64,000 nucleotides of DNA from the human T2T-CHM13v2.0 reference genome, Homo sapiens: the NCBI RefSeq assembly GCF_009914755.1, contig NC_060931.1; one strand, written 5' to 3'. The translations under genes were made by a program, and so were the position numbers. Position 1 is the first letter of the stretch. The number at the start of each line of letters is the position of its first letter. Under the pieces are notes generated by a model. That model was not told the origin of the DNA. It ran no database searches and saw only the letters and a list, made by a program, of their open reading frames with translations. Below, in pieces: positions 55,880 to 64,000 of this stretch.

Positions 55880-58800
55880 ATTACTGGATTTTAAAAATGT
55901 TGAAATTAGGGATACATGTGCAGGTTTGTTTCATGGGTATATTGATGCTAAGGTTTGGGCTTCTAATGATTCTGTCAACTAAGTAGTAAAAGTAATACCT
56001 GGTAGGTAGTTTTTAACACTTGCCCCCCTCCTTTCCTGTCATGTTTTGGAACCTTCAGCATCTATTGTTCCCATTTTTGTGTCTGTGTCTATGTGTACCC
56101 AATGTTTATCTCCCACTTATAAGTGAGAACATGTGGTATTTAGTTTTCTATTTCTGTGTTAGTTCAATTAGGATAGTGGCCTCCAGCTACATCCATATTG
56201 CTGCAGAGTACGTGATTTTGTTCTTTTTATGGCTGCATAGTATTCCATACACCACATTTTCTTTATTCAGTCCACTGCTCATGGGCACCTGGATAGACTC
56301 CATGTCTTTGCTACTGTGGATAGTGCTGTGATGAACATATTAGTGCAGGTATCTTTTTGGTAGAACAATTTATTTTCCTTTGAGTGTATACCCAGTAATG
56401 GGATTGCTAGGTAGAATGGTAGTGCAACTCTTAGTTGTTTGAGAAATCTCCAAACTGCCCTCCCCAATGACTGGACTAATTTGCTTTCCAACAGTGTGTA
56501 AGTGACCCCTTTTCTCAACAGCCTCAACAACATCTGTGATTTTTGGACTTTTTAACAAAAGCCATTCTGACTTGTATGATATGGTATCTCATGGTGGTCT
56601 TGATTTGCATTTCTCTGATCATTAGTGATGATGAGTATTTTTTATATGTCTGTGAGTTGCTTATATGTCTTCTTTTGAGAAGTATCCGTTACGTTCTTTG
56701 TCCACTTTTTAATGCGATTATTTACTTTTTCTTGTTGGTTTATTTAAGTTCCTTATAGGTTGTTCAGTATATTAGACCTCTGTTGGATGCATAGTTTGTG
56801 AATATTTTCTCCCATTCTGTGTGTTGTCCGTTTACTCTGTTAATAGTTTCTTTTGCTGTGCAGAAGCTCTTTAGTTTAATTAGGTCCCACTTGTCAATTT
56901 TTGTTTTTGTTGCAATTGCTTTTGATGACTTAATCATAAATTCTTTGCCAAGGTCGATATTGAGAAGGGTATTTCCTAAGTTTTCTTCCAGGATTTTTAT
57001 GGTTTGAGGTCTTACATTAAGTCTTTAATCCATTTTGAGTTAATTTTTGCTTATGGGGATGGGTAGGGATCCAGTTTCATTCTTCTGCATATGGATAGCC
57101 AGTTATCCTAGCACCATTTATTGAAGAAAGGAGTATTTTCCAAATTGCTTATTTTTGTTGACTCTGTTGAAGATCAGATATTTATAGGTGTGTGGCTCTA
57201 TTTTTGGGTTCTCTATTCTGTTCCCTTCTTCTACGTGTTTGTTTTTGTACCAGTACCATGCTTTTTTGGTTACTATAGCCTCATAGTATAGTTTGGAGTC
57301 AGGTAATGTGATACCTCTGGTTTGTTCTTTTTGCTTAGGATTGTTTTGGCTCTTTGGGCTCTTTTTTGGTTCCATATAAATTTAGAATAGTTTTTTTTTT
57401 AATTCTGTGAAATGATTTGGCAATTTGATAGTAATAGCATTGAATCTGTAAGTTGCTTTGGGCAGTATGGTCATATTAATGATACTTTTTCTTCCAATCC
57501 ATGAGCATGGGATGTTTCTGTATTTATTTGTGTTGTCTCTGATTTTTTTCAACAATGTTTTGTAGTTCTCCTTGTAAAGGTCTTTCACCTCCTAAGTTAG
57601 CTCTATTCCTAGGTATTTTATTCTTTTTGTGGCTATTGTAAATGGGATTGCATTCTTGATTTGGCTCTCAGCTAGAACATCATTGGTGTATAGAAATGCA
57701 ATTGATTTTTTTTACATTTATTATGTATCCTGAAACTTTGCTAAAGTTGTTTATCAGTTCCAAGAGCCTTTTGGTGGTGTCTTTAGGGTTTCCTAGGTAT
57801 AGAATCATATTGTCAGTGAAGAAAGACAGTTTGACTTCTTTTTTCCTATTTAGATGCTTTCTATTTCTTTCTCTTGCCTAATTGCTCTGGCTAAGACTTC
57901 CAATAGTATATTCAATAGGAGTGGTGACAGTGGGCATCCTTTCTTGTTCCAGTTACCAAGGGCATTGCTTCCAGCGTTTGCCCATTTAGTATAACGTTGG
58001 GAGCTGGTTTGCCATAGATGGCTCTTATTATTTTCAGGTATGTTCTTTTGATGCTTAGTTTGTTGCAAGTTTTTATCATGAAGCGATGTTTAATTTTATT
58101 GAAGGCTTTTTCTGCATCTATTGAGATGCTCATATGATTTTTGTTTTTATTCTGTTTATATGGTGAATTACATTTATTGATTTGAATATGATGAACCAAT
58201 CTTGCATACCAGGAATAAAGCCTACTTGATCATGGTGAATTAACTTTTTGATAGGCTGCTGGATTCAATTTGCTAGTATTTTCTTGAGGATGTTTATATC
58301 TATGTTCATCAGGGATATTGGCCTGAAGTTTTTTCTTTTCATTGTGTCTCTACCAGATTTTGGTATCAGGATAATGCTGGCTTCATAGAATGAGTTAGGG
58401 AGAAGTTGTTCTTCCTCAATGGTTTGAAATAATTTCAATAAGATTGGTATCAGTTCTTCTGTGTACATCTGTTAGATTATGGTTGTGAATCCATCTGGTC
58501 CAGGGCTTCTTTTGTTGTTGTTGGTAGATATTTTATTACTGATTTCTGAACTCATTATTGGTCTGTTCAGGTTTTCAATTTCTTCTGGTTCAATCCTGAG
58601 AGATTGGGTGTTTGCAGGGATGCATCTATTTTCTCTAGATTTTCTAATTTGTGTGCTTAGAGGTGTTCATTACAGTCTCTGATAATCTTTTGTATTTCTG
58701 TGGGATTAGTTATAATGTCATCTTTGTTACTTCTAGTTGTGTTTATTTGGATCTCTGTTTTTTTCTTTGTTAATCTAGCTAGTGGTTTATCAATATCATT

Positions 58801-60030
58801 CTCTCAAAGGACAAACTTTTGGTTTTATCAATCTTTGTATGGATTTTGGTGTCTCGATTTCATTCAATTCTGCTCTGATTTTACTATCTTGTGTCTCTAT
58901 TTTCATTTATTTCAAAGAATTTTTTTGTTTTATCTTTAATTTTGATGCTTATCCGAAAGTCCCTCAGAAGCAAGTTGTTTAATTTCCAAGGAATGTGTGG
59001 TTTTGAGATATCTTCTAGGTGGTAATTTCTGTTTTTATTGCCCTGTGGTCTGAGAGTGTGCTTAGTATGATTTCCATTTTTTTTTTAATTTATAGAGACT
59101 TGCTTTACAGCCAAACTTGTTGTTGATATTAGAGTATATTCTATGTGCAGACGAGAAGAATGTGGTTGTTGAGTGGAATATTTGGTAGATGTCTGTTAGG
59201 TCCATTTGGTCTAGTGTTGAGTTTACGTCCAGAATTTCTTTGTTAATTTTCTGCCTTGATGATCTGTCTAATGCTGTCAATCAGATGTTGAAGTCTATTA
59301 TTGTGTGGCTGTCTAAGTCTTTCTTTTGTAACTTTATTTTAGGTTTGAGGGTACATATGAAGATTTGTTAGCTAGGTAATCATATGTCATGAGGGTTTGT
59401 TGTATATATTATTTCATCACTCAGCTATTAAGCCTAGTACCCAATAATTATCTTTTCTGCTCCTCTCCCTCCTCCTACCCTCAAGTAGACCCCAGTGTCT
59501 GTTGTTTCCCTCTTTGTGTTCATAACTCTTCTAATCAGTCTAGAGAAAATCGTTTATGAAGGTGGGTGTTTCCAATGTTGGGTGCATCTATATATGCATA
59601 TGTATAGATAGATTTAGAATATATAATAGATGTATATATTTCTATATAATAGTTGTCTTCTTGTTGTATTGAATCCATTATCATTATATAATGTCATTCT
59701 TTGTCCATTTTGACTATAGTTTATTTAAAATCTGTTTTATCTGTTATAAGACTAGTGATCCCTGTTCTTTTCTGTTTTCTGATTGCGAGATAGATCTTTC
59801 CCCATCCTTTTACTTTGAGCTTGTCCGTGTTGTTACATGTGAGATGGGTCTCTTAAAGACAACAGATAGTTGGGTCTTGTCTTTTTATCCAGTTTACTAC
59901 ACCATGCCTTTAAGTGGAATGTTTAGATGGCTTACTTTCAAAGTTAACATTGCTATGTGAGATTTTGATCCTGTCATCATATTGTTAGCTAGTTGTTTTG
60001 TAGACTTGATTGCGTAGTTGCTTTATAGTG
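55880..60030 (-). mobile_element. Primate L1 (L1PA15/16-like), 3'UTR plus degraded ORF2, with a nested L1PA 3' end at ~59325-59525
   Basis: ORF fragments [69 protein letters not shown]. Confidence 0.93.
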
Positions 60031-60074
60031 TCTTTACTTCCCAAAATATGCCTGATCTCATCTCATTTCAGATG

Positions 60075-62890
60075 ATGTAGTAATTAAAAAACAATAACAA
60101 CTTCCTGAAGAACTCCACAGGCTCATATGATCTTAGTGGAAATTTCTACCAATGTTTAAAGAAGAAGTAACATTAATTCTACCTAGTGTTTACCAGAAAT
60201 AGTAGAGGAACACTTCCAATTTTATTTATGAAGCTAGTATTACTCTGCAAACCAATATCTTTCTAGAATATAGATGCAAAAATTCTTAACAAAATACTTG
60301 CAAATAGAATTAATAAATGCATAAAAAGTTATACAGCATGATCAAGGCAAGATTTATTTCAGCAATGTAAGACTTATTCAATGTTTGAAAATAAATCAAT
60401 GTAATTCACCATATTAACAGTCTAGAAAAGAAAAATTACATGATTATATCAATTCTTGCAGAAAAAGCATTCGACAAAGTTCAATACATATTTCTGATTA
60501 AAAATCCCTCAGAATAATGGGAATAGGAGGGAACTTCTTAGCTTGATGAACGTGTCAACAAAAAGTCTACAGCTAATGCTCTACTCAGTGGTAAATGAGT
60601 GCTCTTTCCCAAGATCAGGAACAAGATGATGATATCTTCTCTCAGTTCAACATAGTGCTAAACATTCTATCCATGTAATAAAGTAAGAAAGAAAATAAAA
60701 ACATATAGATTTGAAAATATGAAATAAAACAGTCTGTATTTGCAGATGGAAACATAATTGTGTACACAGAAAATCCTAAGAAATCTCTAAAAAGTTTCTA
60801 GAATTAATAAGTGGGTTAAGCAAAGTTAGAGGATACAAGATAAATATACAAAAATCTTGTATTTCTACATGCTAGTAGTAAATAAGCTGACACTGGAATT
60901 CAAAGTATAGTACCCTTTATAAGAGCTCAAAAACAAAATAATTAGGTAGAAATCTAACAAATTATGTACAGGAATTACAGAAACATGTAGAAAACTACAT
61001 ATTCTTAATGAAATAAAGTTTTAGTAAGGATTTAAGTAACTAGAAAGACATACTATATTCACAAATTAGAAAACTCAAAATAGTAAAACTTTTAGTTCTC
61101 CACAAATCAATATATACGTTTAACATATCAAAGTTTCAGTAAGAACAAAAAAATAACAAAACAAAATAAAAAAAGAAAAAACAAAGTTTCAGCAAGATTT
61201 CTTTTCATAAATATAGACAAGAGTATTTTACAATTTATATAAAATAGCAAAGAATGTAGAAGAGCTAATAACAACTTTGCAAAAGAAAAATAAAGTGGGA
61301 GGAATTAGTCTATGCAATTTTAATATTTATTATAGATTTACAGTGATCAAGTCAACATTGGAATGGCAAAGGAATAGACACATAGATAACTGGAACACTA
61401 TAGAAAAGCAGGAATAAACCCACACAAAAACAATCTACCGACTTTTGACAAAGGTGCAAAAGCAATTCAGTGGAGGAAATATAGCCTTTTTGACAAATGA
61501 TGCTGGAGAAATTGGCCATCCATAGGCCAAAAATAACTAGATAAATAAATAAAAGCAACTCCATTGACCTTACAACTTATAAAAAAGTTAACCCAAATGG
61601 GTCATATACTTAAATGTAAAATGCAAAACTATACATTTTTTTTCAAAAAAAATAGGAGAAACACTTTGACATGTAGAATAGGCAGAATTCTTAGACTTGA
61701 GACAAAATGCAAGATCCATAAAATGAAAAATGATAAATTGGACTTCACCAAGATTAAAAACCTCTTCTCTGAGAAAGACTCTATTAAGAAGACAAAAAAT
61801 TAAATTATACTTCACCAAGATTAAAAACTTCTTCTCTGAGAAAGACTCTATTAAGAAGACAAAAAATTAAATTATAGGCTGGGAGAATATATTTGCAAAC
61901 TCCATGTCCAACAAAGTACTACTTTCTAGAGTACATAAAAACTCCCAATATTCAACAGTAGAAAAGCAAACAATCCAGATAGAACTTGGACAAAAGACAC
62001 AAAGAGATATTTTACTGAGTAAGATATACAGAAGGCAAATAAGCACATATGATTTTCAACATTATTAACTGTTAGGAAAATGAAAAGAAAAACCATCAGA
62101 AAGACTAGAGTAAAAATGGCTGACAATTCCAAATGTTGATGAGGATGAAGAAAAACTGGATCATTCATCCATTTCTGGGAGAAATGTAAAACAATGCAAC
62201 CACTCTGGAAAATGGCTTGGCACTTTCCTGAAACAACAAACAAAAAACCCCAAGACCTAATCAAGCAACTACCAGCAGTTGTATCCCTGAGCATTTATCC
62301 CAATGAAATGAACACAATGTTCACACAAAAAGCTGTACATGAACATTTGTGGCAGCTTTATTAATTATAGCCTGAAACCAGAAATAATCCAGATGTCCTT
62401 CAACATGAGTATGGTTAAACAAAAGGTATGTACAACAGAGTATTTCTTAGCAATAAAAAGAAATGTAGTATTGACATACATGAAAACCTAAATGAATCTT
62501 CATGAAATTATGCTGAGTGAAAAAAGCCAACCCCAAAAGGGATATACTGCATGATTTCATTTATAGATCATTCTTAAAATGCCAAAATTATAGATATGGA
62601 GAACTGATAGTGACTACCAGAGGTTATGGAGAGGATGGGGCAGGACAGAATTGGGTTGGGTGTGGCTCTGAAAGAATATCAGCATTAGGTTTTCTTGTGG
62701 TGATGGAAATGTTCTGTATCTTTAATATATCAATGCCAATATCTTGGTTATGATATTTTAGTATAGCTTTGCAAGATGTTACCATTGATGAAAATTGGAT
62801 AAAGGGCACAAGGGATACTTCTGTATTATTTCGTAAAATAATGCATGAATCCACAATGATCTGAAAATACAAAGTTTAATTGACAATAAA
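60075..62890 (+). mobile_element. L1MC-like element, ORF2 3' half plus 3'UTR
   Basis: gatgcaaaaattcttaacaaaatact, gcagaaaaagcattcgacaaa, ttttgacaaaggtgcaaaagcaattca, ttgcaagatgttaccattg. Confidence 0.87.
61742..61875. repeat. 67-bp tandem duplication, one mismatch
   Basis: acttcaccaagattaaaaac(c/t)tcttctctgagaaagactctattaagaagacaaaaaattaaattat x2. Confidence 0.95.
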
Positions 62891-64000
62891 ATTTGAAGAG
62901 GTGTAGAAATTTCATACTTTCACAAAATTAAGGATTTTGGATGATCTTGATTCTTTTTTATTTTATTTTTGCAATAGCCAGTAATACTCCTTTTACCAAC
63001 ATTATGCAGATTTGCAGTTTTCAATATGTCTATGTGATGCTACTATAATTGGACTTTAAATTGTACCATAAGAAATGTACTAGCTTCTCTGACTTTTTGG
63101 AATGACCTAAGACTTCAGTGAAGATGTTAGAGGAGAGAGGAATGGAGGAAAACAGCTTTCCACAGGGAGAAGAAGGGCAGAAGAGAGGCCCTGCCCTTGA
63201 GAAATGGGAGTGGTGACAACAATTAACATTCTAAGACTCCTAAGGGGAATCCGTCCACTCTACATTGTCAATGGAGCTGCTGCCAAGCTTTGTTAGGCCT
63301 GTGTTCTAGCTGTTTTCAGAGCTCTTGTCAACTTCCTCCCAGCAGTGTTTCTCATAATCACAATTAATCCTCAGTGATTTATGAGTTCAGGAGCCCAAGG
63401 AATTTGGGATATCTAATCTACATGGTCTATCACTTTGTTGGAGGAAGGCTAAAAGCCAACTTAAACCTGGACTGAAGTAGGCATGTCTGTTTTGTCAGGC
63501 ACTGATTAATGTTAGAGAGGCTTCCACAGGATGTGGGATTGTAGGTTTAGAAGGGAATGAAATAGAAATAATTTGACTTCTTAGGGACTTTGGATTAGGA
63601 GTATGGGACATGGCTGGTAAAAATCCTCTCATCCTAAGTATTATAGCAAATGTAAAATAACTGCTTTGCAGAAGCTTGAGACTTGGGTACATTTTATTTT
63701 CAACAGACTTCTCAATTTTGATATTTAGTACTAACCTAGAGAGAGAATAATACTTAGAGAATCCCAGAAGTATAAAATTTTTATTTAGGTATTGATATTG
63801 ATTAGCAGGTGGTAGGAATATTAGTATAGTACATTTCCAAGTAAGATAAATTGCCAATTGCTTTAAAGCTTCCTGTTTCAATTTATTTCCCTAAGGGTTT
63901 CATCTACACAAAATTATGATTTTCCTTTTAATAACAGAAAAATGGAAATGTAAGTTGATTAACAGTTTATTCAAAGAACTTTGGCACTCAGAGAGTGACC

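Noticed and set aside
56279-59280. Reverse-transcriptase/endonuclease-like ORF pieces as an active element or new system
   Set aside because: Broken L1 ORF2 with many stops and frameshifts and no ORF1 or 5'UTR.
59585-59650. AT-rich imperfect hairpin
   Set aside because: Low-complexity TA expansion inside L1; no evidence for a structured RNA.

Overview
Primate (human-like) genomic DNA, not microbial. It holds the 5' part of TCAF1 (FAM115A, TRPM8 channel-associated factor 1; 7q35 from recall) on the minus strand. Three coding exons (14361-14980, 1173-2167, 787-884) have canonical splice sites and consistent phases; the gene continues past base 1. Three CpG-rich promoter/non-coding first-exon candidates lie at ~21.1-21.35, ~23.6-23.8 and ~40.4-40.6 kb. 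The rest is mostly repeats: old L1, Alu, MIR, L2, MaLR LTRs, HSMAR2, Tigger2a, MER20, MER91 and a tail-less U2 fragment. The main unexpected signal is that the TCAF1 regulatory region looks built from ancient local duplications. The three promoter/first-exon modules align with each other by eye, a further segment is repeated directly (19.1 vs 24.4 kb), and another exon-like module (20.1-20.6 kb) has an inverted paralogue at 43.3-44.0 kb that may drive a divergent spliced RNA. All alignments were done by eye, repeat subfamily names are from recall, and novelty could not be checked against any database.
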